From the NCBI RefSeq assembly GCF_018350175.1, contig NC_058368.1, positions 76,696,001-76,760,000 of the forward strand: a stretch of DNA of 64,000 nt, read 5' to 3'. The stretch comes from Felis catus (lineage: Eukaryota). The notes beneath the pieces were generated by a model, which ran no database searches, had not been told where the DNA came from, and saw nothing but the letters and a program-made list of their open reading frames with translations. The translations under genes were made by a program, and so were the position numbers. Each line of letters opens with the position of its first letter. Position 1 is the stretch's first letter. Positions 24,159 to 36,445 of this stretch are shown piece by piece.

Positions 24159-26035
24159 AAGGGCAATGATATTAAAATGTTAAGTGTAGTCATTGCAGAA
24201 TTTCCAAAGAAACATTATACAATTGAGAAAATTAGCCTTATATATTAAGTGCTTATCCTTAGAAATTGGCCAATAAATAGAGTAATATAAAATAAGAAAT
24301 CTTAAAAATCATATTTTCATTTTAAAGTGTTTGCAGTTTCCCAGGACATGAGAAAATTTTAGTCTTAATCATAAGTATTCATCAAGAAATTGATTAGTCC
24401 AAAATAATTTTTTTAAACAATCTATGGTTAGAAAAAGATCAAAAGAGTAATATAGTTTTTAGACCTTAAGAATTCTTAGCCTCTCTCGCAAAAAAAAAAA
24501 ACTGATCCCACTTCCCATAATGCCAATAATGCAGTAGTAATGGAGCTTGCCAGCTAAAATTAATAGCATAATTGTATTAGTTTCTAATTAAACTGGGCAC
24601 AAACCAGTAAAACAGAAGCCAAAAAAGAGAGAATTCTGCCACTACTAATTGATTCTGGCCTCCGGTGATTTTTAAATGTCTCAGGTCAAGCAACAAACAC
24701 ACATTTATATATTTTTTATCCCTTTCTCTATTATTCCCCAAATGAAAGTACGAGACCTGGCATTTGCAAAGAGTTCAGCCAATCAAATTCTTGTAAGCAG
24801 ACAGGAAATATTTATTTTTAAAAGCTGTTTATCACTCTAAAATTTTAACAACTGATGGTGTTTTTTTCCTAAAGAAAAAAAAAGGATTATTTTTAAATAA
24901 TGCAAAGAAGGATTTCAGCGTGAAATGCTGTTAATGCCAATTCATTAATTTCAAATAAGTTGTTCTTATTTTTAAGACTTGCAAAGGAGTAGTATTTCCC
25001 CCTAGCCATTGTGAAATGTTTCAATGAACACTGGCTATGTGAATTTGAGTGTCTTCTGCTTTCACTGTTGTAACACTATTTCAGGTTAATGAGTGCATAT
25101 GATTCATTACAAACATACACACAAACAGACACTTGTTTTAAACCTGTTCAGATAGATTAAAATCAGAATGGACCGCTTGGCCTTGTGCAGTGGACACCCT
25201 ACCCGAGTGTATATGACAGACCTGCTCATTGGTATATTTGATCATTTTTACAATCGTTATTTCAAGCAAAATCACGATATGACTCAGTCCCTTTGGGTTG
25301 GGGCAAAACTTTAGATACATTGCTATATTGTTACGAGTCACAAAAGAGAACATAGGGCCCATGGCAACAGAGGCAGAATAAATGCCTGAGTGAGATTCCA
25401 AGAGCATTAGTCATTTGAAGGCGGCTGCTTGTTCACAACAAAGCAAGGGCAAGCTCAAGCCTTTCGGATACACTGAAGGACAAGCGAAAGACTGATACTA
25501 GAGTCTGATATTTCAGAACAAATGACAACTCTTAAAATGTGCTGTAGCTCTGAAACGCTCAAGAAAATATGAAAGTAATTTTCTAAGCCTATTCCTTGAT
25601 GTTTCTCTTTTAAAAGAAACATGATCTCTGAAGCCTTTGATTAAAGAAGGGTGTAATCACTCTTTTTAATTCACTCTGATTTCACCTCAAAAGGGACGCC
25701 CAGATTCTCTTATCCCAGGTTGGCTCTCACTTCAAACCAGAGGAAGGCAAAAAAAAAAAAAAAAAAAAAAAGCAAGTCCATTTGAAGAGCTCTTCCCAAA
25801 TGCTTGGAACTTCAGGGGCATTGACAGATACTAAACTGTACTGTAAAAGAAGGCAAGAAATTGATGGTCCTTATGTGGTGTGGGACAAGTCGGAAGAATT
25901 TTAGTTGAGGGGAACATAGGGCATGTGGGATACCCCTGAGGTGGGCACAGCTTCAAAGATGGCTCCTGTCGTGAATCTGCACGCTGCCACACCTCTAGGG
26001 TGAACATGGACTGTTTTTAAGAAGGAGAAGAATGA

Positions 26036-26280
26036 GGGGCGCCTGAGTGGCTTAGTTGGTTAGGTGTCCACCTCTTGATTTCAGCTCAGGTCATGATCTC
26101 GTGGACCAGGAGTTCGAGCCCCTCATCAGGGCTCTGTGCTGATGGTGTGGAATCTGCTTGGGATGCTCTCTCTCTCTCACTCTCTCTCCCTCTCTCTCTG
26201 CCCCTTCCCCTGCTTGCACGCTCTCTCCCTCTCCCTCCCTCCCTCTCTCTCTCTCTCAAAGTGAACAAATAAACATTAAG
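26036..26280 (+). mobile_element. Can-SINE, older
   Basis: GGGGCGCCTGAGTGGCTT head, long CT region. Confidence 0.92.
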
Positions 26281-26414
26281 AGAATAATAATGAAAGTTAC
26301 CCTTATTTTAAAAAAAAATAAATCATATATTGTGTTTAAATATTTAAAAAGAATCTCAGAATCTGTTAACTGCAGGGCTGAAGCTGAGGGATCCTGCTTA
26401 ATAGAACATAATAC

Positions 26415-27117
26415 AAGGAGGAGGAGGAGGAGGAAGAGGAGAGGAGGGGGAGGAGGAAAAAAAGGGTGGGGAGGAGGGGGAGGAGGAGGGGAGGAGGAGG
26501 AGGAAAGGAGGGGAGGAGAAGGAGGGGAGGATGGAGGGGGAGGAGGAGGGGAGGAGGAGGGGGGAGGAGGAGGAGGGGAGGAAGAGGAGGAGGAGGAAAA
26601 ACAGGATGGGGAGGAGGGGGAGGAAGAGGAGAGGAGGAAGAGGAGGAGGAGGAAAAACAGGATGGGGAGGAGGGGGAGGAAGAGGAGGAGGAGGAAAAAC
26701 AGGATGGGGAGGAGGGGGAGGAGGAGGAGGAGGGAGGGAGGGAGGGAGGAGGAGGAGGAGGGAGGGAGGAGGGGGAGGAGGGCGGAGGAGGAGGGGGAGG
26801 AGGAGGAGGAGGATGGGGGAGGGAGAGGGAGGAGGAGAAGAAGGAGAAGCAGGAAAGGAGGGGGATGAGGGAGAAGAGAGGAGGAGAAGCAGGAAGGAGG
26901 GAGGAGGAGGGAGGAGGGAGGGAGGAGGAGGAGGGAGGGAGGGAGGAGGAGGAAACAAGGGAGGAGGAGGAGCAGGAAAGGAGGGAAGTGGAGGGAGGGA
27001 GGAGGGGGAGGAGGAGGAGGAGGGAGGGAGAAGGAGGAGGAGGGAGGGAGGAGGAGGAGGAGGAGGAGGAGGAGGAGGAGGGAGGGAGGGAGGAGGAGGA
27101 GGGAGTGAGGAGGAGGG
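26415..27117 (+). repeat. ~700 bp purine-rich (GGA/GAG)n low-complexity tract
   Basis: Almost only G/A on the + strand; internal unit AAAAACAGGATGGGGAGGAGGGGGA at 26597, 26653, 26695. Confidence 0.95.
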
Positions 27118-27134
27118 TCTGGGAGAAGAGCTCA

Positions 27135-27950
27135 GCCTGGAGGCGCCAACTAGTACGTGGCCGCTAATGAACCCGGGAGGCGGAGGAGCAGGGCGGCTGG
27201 GGCGGCCCCAACTTAAAGGCCGGGGAGCCCGCTCGACGAATCGGCCCTTTTGTTTTGACAGCTTCGCCAGGAACCCTCGCAGGCCCGGCCCGCACTCCCC
27301 GCGGGGCCCGCGAGAGAGTGGCCGGCCCAGATACCGGCCGCACATTGTGTCACCTGCGGAGACTCGGGAAACAGCGCGCACCGCTGTGTCAAAACAGCCG
27401 CGGACGCCGCGCTCGGGTTGCCCGCAGCCCCCGGCCCGGCCGCCAAGGGCCTGGCTACCTGCCCGGCGGGGCGGGGCGGGGCGACCAGGGACCGATGAAG
27501 GGGACCGAGGGCTACCTGCCACGGGCCGGGCCGGACACACCCAGTCGGCCCCGCGGCCACGCGGCCCGAGTCCGCACTGGGCCTGCGGAGACTCAGACTC
27601 CGGGAGCCGTCGGGGCCAGGAGGGCTCCGAGCTTCCCGGGACACCGGGGCCTTGTCCGTCCCCTGCTGCCGCTGGAATCGCTTGACTGGGAAAGAAGACA
27701 CTAGAGCTGGCACACACACCTAAGGAAGGCCCTCTGCGTGGTCCCCTCTTTGTTCCCGCGCAGAGCGGGCGTCAGGACCCCCTTTGTTGGCGCCTCCACT
27801 CATCCCCCCGCAGAAGCGCCTGGGATAAGAACTTCTGATGAGGCTCTAAACCTTTGGCACAATTCAGCAATGCCTAATTATGACGGATCCAATAATATGT
27901 TCCTCGTGTTTCTCTGACAACCACATGTTCGGCATCCGGGCCGCGCGACT
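27135..27950. promoter_or_regulatory. CpG island, probable promoter or enhancer; gene not identified
   Basis: Very high GC and CpG density in non-repeat sequence; GC boxes GGGCGGGGCGGGG near 27468-27481. Confidence 0.75.
27516..27685 (-). other. Candidate exon within CpG island (170 nt)
   Basis: gtcttctttcccag| acceptor; CAG|gtagcc donor. Confidence 0.2.
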
Positions 27951-29181
27951 GAGAGCAGAGAAAGACCCTGACGCTACAGATCATTGCCAGGGTCCTTCCA
28001 CCGTCCCCACACTGGCGGGGCTGAAGTCCCCATTAGACACACACCTAGAGAAAGGGAAAACAGGCTGTGCACCGCAGCAGTTTGTGGAAAGGAAAGGAAA
28101 TTTGTGTATGTGTGTGTGTGGGGGGGGGGGGGAATCAAGTGTTGCTTGGTAATTAAAATAAGTGGAATGAGGTATCTTTTAATTAACATTCTTCGAGTGG
28201 CAGGGAATGTTCCAATGTTGCCGCTTTAAGATTTCCTGCCTCATCTTGCGTCTTCCTGAGATTATAGATTTCTAAAAATACATTAGGTGACAGTGTAACA
28301 GGCAGGAGAACGCATATCGTGGCCCCATACATATGGAAATCAGCTCTCTCCGGCGGTACCTGGAACAATGGTGGCAAATCTATATCAAAGGAGACGGAAC
28401 CTGCAAGGCTTTGCCTTTGTGCGGCCCGTGTGTGAGCCCCGACTTAATGAGCTTCAGCTAGAGGTGCCACTTTGAACAAATAAATGCCGGGCCACCTAGG
28501 CTCTCCGGCCCACGGGCTGCCTGAAAAGGACATAAAAGGGGGCTGCTCGGGGGGAGAGATTTACCGTATACACTTGACACTGGATCAAAGCGCGTGCATT
28601 CGCCGCCCTGAAACGGAAGGGAAAGACGCCGAAAGGCTGTAGCTGTTACGAGTGGTTCCAGGGGGCTTCCTTCGAAGCCTTCTGGGGAAACGATTATGCC
28701 CTTCTGTCCCCAGGCATGCTTTAAAATGCACTTTCTAGACAATGATCATGGGTTCTTCCGCGGAATTCAGAGGGTGTCCATGAAACACCCACTCACACTC
28801 TCCGGTGCAACCCAGCCAGCGGTGGGGAGCCAACAGGTGAAAAGGTACCCTCTCTCCACGCACCCACACCTCCACAGAGAACACCTGGCCTAAGAACCCC
28901 ACTCCCCGCTCCTCTACCTACATTCCAAGAAATGTGCAGTGCGGGTAAAATCTGAATCCTCAAAGCAAAAGACTCAAAAACAGAGGAACTAATCCAGTTT
29001 CCAGATGGCGAAGTCGCTCCGTGATGCCTTTTCGCAGCCCGTCTTGTATCACAGGGTTCTATCTGCTTGTCTTATTGGACTCAGACACTTAAAAAGTCCC
29101 AATCCTATGGCTCTACTGGGTATTTTCTAGCCTTTCACTAAATTAGAGCATTAGACCTGATGATATACAATTGATTTTTAA

Positions 29182-29392
29182 TTTTTTTTAATGTTTAGTT
29201 ATTCTTGAGAGAGAGAGAGACAGAGCGTGAGCAGGGGAGGGTCAGAGAGAGAGGGAGACACAGAATCCAAAGCAGGCTCCAGGCTCTGAGCCATCAGCCC
29301 AGAGCCGGAGGCAGGGCTCGAACTCACAGACCATGAGATCGTGACCTGAGCTGAAGTTGGACGCTTAACCGACTGAGCCACCCAGGCGCCCC
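29182..29392 (-). mobile_element. Can-SINE (distal unit of tandem pair)
   Basis: Full length, ends CCACCCAGGCGCCCC. Confidence 0.95.
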
Positions 29393-29621
29393 TATTATTA
29401 TTATTTTAAATGTTTACTATTAATTTTAGAGAGAGAGAGAGAGCGAGCACGAGCGGGGGAGGGGCAGAGAGAGAGGGAGACACAGAATCCGAAGCAGGCT
29501 CCAGGCTCCAGGCTCCGAGCCATCAGCACAGAGCCCGATGCGGGACTTGAACTCACCGACAGTGAGATCATGACCTGAGCTGAAGTTGGTCACTCAACCG
29601 ACTGAGCCACCCAGGCGCCCC
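29393..29621 (-). mobile_element. Can-SINE (proximal unit of tandem pair)
   Basis: Full length, extra CAGGCTC repeat. Confidence 0.95.
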
Positions 29622-30659
29622 TACGATTAATTTTTAAGTGTATTTTTCCTGCATAGAACAAAGAGCTGGATTTTTTTTTTTTTACATGTTATCACCATCA
29701 GGCCTGAACTTCCCATGAAAAAAATCAGGTATTCCCCCCCCCCCCCCCCAGGTATGGTAACAGTTTCTAGCAAAGAACAGTCTTTAAATCCCTGGAACCC
29801 TCCAAAAGGTTCACCAGGCAGCGAAAAGGTTTTTCTTTTTCCTTGGTACAAACACAGTTCATTAACTGCTGAGTCCTGGCGTCTGTGGGCCCACTCACAG
29901 TCACCTCCTGCGAAGCAGAGCAGAAATCACTTTCACTGATCAAGGAGAGGAGATTCCCGATCATTAAAGCAGTTTTCAAAGACAGCTAATCGGTAGAAAT
30001 GGCCTCAGATGTGCAGCTAATCTCATCATTCAAATTTCCTGGTTGTCCTGTTTTCCTCTGCCCTGATAACACTTTATCAGACTGTAATGGAACCTCTCTG
30101 ATCTGGAGTAGGGCATTGCAACAAAATATATACATACCTTTGATATCTTCCTTTTTGGAAAGCCAGGGAATTTAGTTGATACAGCAGCGAAATACAAAGC
30201 TCGGGTCCTGAGGTCTAGACTCAGTTTCAGCCACCAAATTGTAACTCCGTGGGCTTAGTTTTGACAGTCGTATTAATCACAAACGACTGGAAATTGTTAC
30301 TATCGTGGTCTTTCCTGAACTAAGTATGTTGAGCAAAAGAAAAAAATACAAATAGGAAGTGCTTTCAAGCAATCTGGAAAGTGCTTTTGAAACACCGCGT
30401 TAAAAATTAACTTTTAACATTGACTTTAAATTTATTTAATACCTCTGAGAAACTAGTACATGGAGGCAAAATTAATTCTTGGATTTTTCTTTTTATAAAA
30501 AAACTAAAATAAAAATGTGTGTATTCTTAAGATCTCTTTTTTTAAAAGCAAAATATAGGCGAGAGAACTAAGAGAAAACTCACAAATGGTACGAGCACCT
30601 GACTACCAAAATGTTGAGACCAAGGCTGTATGAAAACAAAAAAAGTTTAAAAAAAAATT

Positions 30660-31490
30660 AATAACCACTTTGGAAAAGAGTCTGGCAGTTTCTTAGAAAA
30701 CTAAACACACACTCTTGCCATACGATCCAGCCTGTGTGCTCACTGGTACTTTCCAAAATGATTTGAAAGCTTGTGTTCACACAAAAACCTGACCGTGAAT
30801 AGCAGCTTTATTCGTAATTGCCAAAACGTGGAAACAAGCAAGTGTCCTTCAGTACTTCGTGAATGGATAAACGAGCAATCCAGATAATGAAATATTATTT
30901 ATCAAGACAAAGAAATGAGCTATCAAGCCTCAAAAAGGCATGAAGGAACCTTAAATGCATGTTGCTGTAGGAAACAAAACAAATCTGAAAAGGCTGTATG
31001 TTACCTGATCCCAACTGGACGGTATTCTGGGAATGGTCACACTGTGGGGGCAAAGAAAAGGAGTGTTTCCCAGGGTGCAGGGGGCAGGGTGAAGGGTGGA
31101 TAGGTGAAATACAAGAGCTCTTTAGGAAAGGGCAACAATTCTGTGCAAGACTGAAATGGTGGGTACATGTAGCTATACATTTGTCTGAACCCCAATAATG
31201 TACAACACAAAGCAGAACCCTTCTGTAAACTATGCACTTTGGGTTGTGAGGCTAGGTCGATATGGTCTCGTCGACTGTATCAGATAAACCACGCTAATGC
31301 AAGATGTTACAAACAGAGGAAACTAGCCCAAGTGGGGGAGAGCGTGAGAGGGGATATACTGGAACTCTCTACTTCGGGGATATACTGGAACTCTCTACTT
31401 CGGGGATATACTGGAACTCTACTTCCTGCTCCATTTTCCTCTAAAACCGAAACTGTGCTACAGATAGCCTATTAACTTAAAAAGATAAAA
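30660..31490 (+). mobile_element. L1MC/MD-type LINE 3' end
   Basis: CCACTTTGGAAAA..TCTGGCAGTTTCTT...GCAGCTTTATTCGTAATTGCCAAAAC...AAATGAGCTATCAAGCC...TGTAAACTATG.ACTTTGGGT. Confidence 0.85.
31350..31425 (+). repeat. 26-bp tandem repeat x3
   Basis: GGGGATATACTGGAACTCTCTACTTC twice, plus a third copy lacking CT. Confidence 0.95.
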
Positions 31491-32399
31491 GTCCCCAAAA
31501 TATACGCTCATAGCACAAAATGTCATTGAAATGAATGTTACTCCAGAAATATGCCTTTTAACAATGTAGCGTTTCTAAATATGTATTGTTCAGATTGGAG
31601 GCAAAAGTCAGTACTAATGCTTTTCCTTCACCAATAAATTATTTACTTACTAGCATGGGGAGTTAATCATTGGCACCCCGAAACGTCTTTGTTTTTGTTA
31701 CGTATAAAAGGGAAACATAGTCTCCATACCCCACTTGACTTCACCAGTATAACCCCAGCACAGTGAGACAGACGCCTTCCACTTGCCCCTACTAAATCTG
31801 TTCCACTTTGACAGCTTATTACGTTGTAGACACAACCTTACCAAGAATGCTCTTGACCCCATCATCTTATTCAATGATGGATTATCACCCACCTCTCCAA
31901 GACCGACCTCTGGTTACCCTTAATCAGTGTGTCTGTCCCACACTGGCCAATCTGCCGGGAGGACGTGAACAACCACCTTAGAGCATGGATGTCCAGTGCC
32001 TTTCACATGGAGGGCAGGGCCTCAAAGCCTGACTCTTGGAACGCCATTCTTCCAACCCTCCACCCCAATACCCCCACCCAGCTGGAAAGGAAACAGCTCC
32101 TGCTTTCTGTTCACCTCAGCGAAGCTCCAAGTAAGATTTCTTTTGGGGGGAAAAAAAAATTCTGCTGCCAAAATGCTTTTCTGAAAAACCTCTTATATAG
32201 ACCATATTATCTGCCTTCGTGTAATGAAATCAATTGAATTTCCTCTTAAATTGCTGTTGAAACTGCTCATTTGGCTAGTAAGGGAAATTGCCTCTTTAAA
32301 ACAAAATGCACCGAGAACTGAAATTATGTAGCTACCTAGTAAGAAACGTGGTGGAGGAATTGGGGCAAATCAAGGCAGTAGAGACTGACCTAGAAAAGA

Positions 32400-32580
32400 C
32401 TGGGAGGTGGGGCCCCGGGCTGCCACCGGTGGGCACAGCAAGAGGGCGGCCATCTGTGAACCCGGAAGACAGCCCTCACCGGGAGCCCAGCCTCCATAAC
32501 TGGGAGGGAAAATGTCTGCTGCTTAAGCCCCCCAGTCTGTGGCATTCTGGCAAGCAGTCCAAAGGGACTAAGACCCTCTG
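32400..32580 (+). mobile_element. MLT1 (MaLR) LTR fragment
   Basis: GCGGCCATCTGTGAACC.GGAAGA.AGCCCTCACC...CAGCCTCCA.AACTG...TTAAGCC.CCCAGTCTGTGG. Confidence 0.7.
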
Positions 32581-32831
32581 GGACTGTGAGGAAATGAAAA
32601 TGTGTTGTTGAACCCCCCGCCCCCCTCTCCGGTCCTTGGCACTTTGTTCAGGCGACCCCAGCACACTGGCACAGCTTTCAGAAGGCTGATAGTTGTAGAT
32701 ATCTTTGCACAGCTGTCCCAGATGGAGTAAGCCCCAGAAAAGAAAAACCCGGAGGCCAACAAGAAAAGGACTGTCCGCGTCTACAGGGTTACGGGGCCCA
32801 AGGGTCGACTAACAGTAAGTCAAAGAAGATG

Positions 32832-33056
32832 TTTTTTTTTTATTTTTTTTTCAACATTTTTATTTATTTTGGGGACAGAGAGAGACAGAGCATGAACGGG
32901 GGAGGGGCAGAGAGAGAGGGAGACACAGAATCGGAAACAGGCTCCAGGCTCTGAGCCGTCAGCCCAGAGCCTGACGCGGGGCTCGAACTCATGGACCATG
33001 AGATCATGACCTGGCTGAAGTCGGACGCTGAACCGACTGCGCCACCCAGGCGCCCC
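32832..33056 (-). mobile_element. Young felid SINEC_Fc-type SINE
   Basis: GACCTGGCTGAAGTCGG, CGACTGCGCCACCC; TSD AAAGAAGATGTTTTT. Confidence 0.96.
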
Positions 33057-34819
33057 AAAGAAGATGTTTTTAAGCAGCTCCCCCAGCTCTGGCCACTGGC
33101 ACACCCCCGTGTCCACAGTTTGATTCCAGTGTCCAGCCTCTTCCCGGGCAAGACTGGGGCTCCATGGGAAGGTCTAGAGAGAGTGTTCGAGAAAAGCAGC
33201 AACAAAAAAGTTACTTTTATTTGGACGAAGACGAAAGAACTCTAACACTTTCTAGGTGCCTTGTCTCTTCCGTGTTCCCAACCACCCCCCACCCCACCCC
33301 CAGAACCAGACTGCCAAAAGAGGGTCATTTCGGAGATGGTAGAGGGAAGGACCTATAGCAGAAATGGGTGACAAGCTGTCGGAGAGAATTTAGAATGAAG
33401 TCAGAGAAAAGCTAAAGTTCTCCAGGAATCGGACTTCAGGTTGAAAGTCACAGAGACTTAGAAAACTATTAGGATTCTAATTAGGGTCTTTGAACATGAT
33501 AAAAGCCCACTGAAAGGAGCATCAGGCAGGGTTCCCGCAACAGAAGAGGAAGGTGTGGGTGAAACACATTGAATGGGGGAATTGTTTGGAAGGTGTGGGC
33601 TGGGTTACGGGTGACCTCCGGGGATGCCCAAACACCCTGGGGCCTACACAGTGCGGGAGGCCCCCACCCCAGGCCGGAAGAAAGGGGAGGGGATGGTGTC
33701 AGCAGAGCTGAGCAAGACCTCAATGTTAATGCTCCGGGGCAGGAGCTGGGGCCCTGGAGACTGGGGCATCAGGACTGCAAAGGGAGGAAGTTCCTCCCCA
33801 ACTCGCCTCCCAAATCACACCGTGCTCCCACGCTAACCCCCACAGGGAGGCAGAGGGCAAGAGAGCCCTGTGCTTTGTCTATAGTGCTGACCCGCATGCA
33901 CCCAGCAGGGACAGACGGGAGCCGGGAGAGCTGGGCAGGGGTGAGAGAGGCAGGGCCAGCACGCCCGGCCTCATCCTGTTGGATGGTTTGGGCTCAAAGG
34001 TCCCAAACACCCTGACTTCATGCTGCTTAACCAATAAGGAAGATAGGCTGTCACAGACAAGGCTGCAAGACAGAACCAATGTTCTCAGATGCCCAACAAA
34101 ATCCTGGGAAAACCACACTCTTTTCTCTCTCCACTGCTCACGCGGCCTTGACCTCGGGCTGACTGACTTGCCTAGGGGCAAAGTGGCTGGCTGTCTCTCC
34201 CTGCCCCTCCCCTCCCCTCCCCTGCAGGGCGCAGAAGATGTATTATCTCTAGCGAATGTGAAAACAATAATAAAACCAACTTAACGTCTGTTTTCAGTTA
34301 TCACCGTGCAAAGCTAAACAATGTTGGCAATGAGAATGTTCCTCCCAGAAAGAAACCTTTTGTTCCCCAAGTTCTAAGCGATTACTGTAGCCACCGTTGA
34401 GTTTTAGTAAAACGTGTAAGCTTCAAATTAGCACATTTTATGACTCATCCTTTAACAAACAAAGGGTCCGAGAACCCCCAGTTATACAGTCCTGGTACGC
34501 AGAAAACAAGTACCACACAGAAGGTTCTGGAGTAACTTCCTAAGAATTTGGGACAGTTGGAGCTCACTGCAGAGGCAGCCCATATCCCCAGTCCCTGAGT
34601 TTCTAAATATTCTGGCATTTAAACAGGAGCTTTGGCATAAACCATGAGAACGAAAATGGTATAAATAACAGTTTGAGCTACTCCAATCCTGTCATTCAAC
34701 GTGAACACTTAGAGAGGGATAAATACAGCATTTGACACCTATAACCGCGAAGCGATATAAACCCAGGATGTAGTATTTGTGTTTGATAAGTGTGGACTTC
34801 AGTTCAGCCGTGAACAATT

Positions 34820-34986
34820 GCGCCTGGGTGGCTCAGTCCATTAAGGATGTTAAGCATCAAACTCTTGATTTCGGCTCAGGTCATGATCTCCTATGCCCTA
34901 TGCTGGGCAGCGCGGAGCCTGCTTGGGATTCTCTGTCTCCCTCTCTCTGCCCCTCCCCACTCTCAAAATAAATAAACATTAAAAAA
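34820..34986 (+). mobile_element. Can-SINE with internal deletion
   Basis: GCGCCTGGGTGGCTCAGTC head, A tail. Confidence 0.88.
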
Positions 34987-35319
34987 TGTATTTGAAAAAG
35001 CATTCTAAATCTCATGTGCTCTTTATTATTTGCAGGCGTTGTTCTAAATGCCAAGTAGCTCCCGGGGTGGGCCTGGACTCGTGTTGGAGTAGAGATGACA
35101 GAGGCTATCACCCCACTTGGGCTTGGAATTCAGCCTGGTTGTGGCCCCCAGGCCCCAGGGAGTGCGGCACAGGTGGGGAGACGGTGCCTTGTGCAAAGAC
35201 AGAGGCTCCCAGGGTCCGGGACCCTGCTGCAGGCAGAGCTTTATAACACTGCAGGTACTGACATGATTACAACGAAGCGGAGGGTCAGGGGAAGGGCACA
35301 AAGGACTGCTCTGGATGCA

Positions 35320-35446
35320 CTGTGAGACACCCCAGGGACCCCTTAGATCGGCTGTGAAACACCCACGAACCCCCTAGATCTGCTGTGAAACAGACACCCA
35401 GGAACCCCCTAGATCCCCTGTGAAACAGCCCAGGAAACCCCTAGAA
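35320..35446 (+). repeat. ~31-bp minisatellite x4 (degenerate)
   Basis: Consensus CTGTGAAACACCCAGGAACCCCCTAGATC. Confidence 0.88.
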
Positions 35447-35676
35447 ACAGGGAATTGGGACTTTGGAAGGACATGGTCTGGGGCACTGTGCACCTCCGGG
35501 GGGTACTAGTTTATGACCCCAAGTCCTATCTGTGGGGTCTCATCGTATCCCCTGGCTCAGGAACCTGTGGCAAACGCAGGTTACCGAATAAAGTGCATAC
35601 AGATTTTTACTATACATAAGGAATGAAAACTATATGATTTCAACTGGGTGGCCCTAAGGCAGAAAACCTCCATTTT

Positions 35677-35886
35677 GGGGGCACCTGAGTGGCTCAGTTG
35701 GTTGACCATCTGACTCCTGATTTGGGCTCAGATCATGATCCCCGGGTCGTAGGATGATCGAGCCCCGCATCGGGCTCTGCACTGACAGTGCAGATCCTAC
35801 TTGGGATTCTCTCTCCCTCTCTGCCTCTCCCCTGCTCACCTGTGGTTTTTTTCCTCTCTCGCTCTCTAAAAGAAAAAAGAAAAAAA
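35677..35886 (+). mobile_element. Can-SINE, older
   Basis: Head plus tail; TSD-like AAA.CCTCC.T.TT. Confidence 0.92.
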
Positions 35887-36203
35887 GCCTCCGTCTTGTA
35901 TCTTCACGAGCAGATTCGGGTTCAAACACTGAATGAGGCACACTACCACAGTGAATAGCAATGTGGTCACTGGGCAACTGTGAAATGATTAAATCCGTTT
36001 GAATCTAAAACAGAAGAAAAAAAGAGTTGAATTCTGGACAGTTTTTTGGAGTTAAGAAAAGTACTTTAAGTGCCTGTCTGAAATATATACCGTTTATTTG
36101 ATATTTCTCCGTTCCTTTCTGGCATATCACTTTATCATCAAAGAAATGAATGTTTAGGAAATAAATCTGTGCACGTCACGTGTCCGTTAAAAACAGAATG
36201 CCT

Positions 36204-36445
36204 GGGGTGCCTGGGTGGCTCAGTCGGTTGAGCGTCCGACTTCAGCTCAGGTCACGATCTCACGGTCCGTGAGTTCGAGCCCCGCGTCAGGCTCTGGGCT
36301 GATGGCTCAGAGCCTGGAGCCTGCTCCCGATTCTGTGTCTCCCTCCTTCTCTGCCCCTCCCCCACTCATGCTCTGTCTCTCTCTGTCTCAAAAAAATAAA
36401 TAAACATTAAAAACAAAAAAAACAAAAAAACAAAACAAAAAAAAA
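36204..36445 (+). mobile_element. Can-SINE (felid type)
   Basis: TSD AAAACAGAA(T/G)GCCTG; tail evolving into (AAAAC)n. Confidence 0.95.

Noticed and set aside
26158..27717. Long ORFs of 233-439 aa (E/G/R- and P/L/S-rich)
   Set aside because: They arise from the stop-free (GGA)n tract plus the GC-rich island; open in many frames on both strands, low complexity, no domain.
35320..35446. Repeat arrays as possible CRISPR-like structure (also 31350-31425)
   Set aside because: Contiguous tandem units with no unique spacers, mammalian context, no cas genes.
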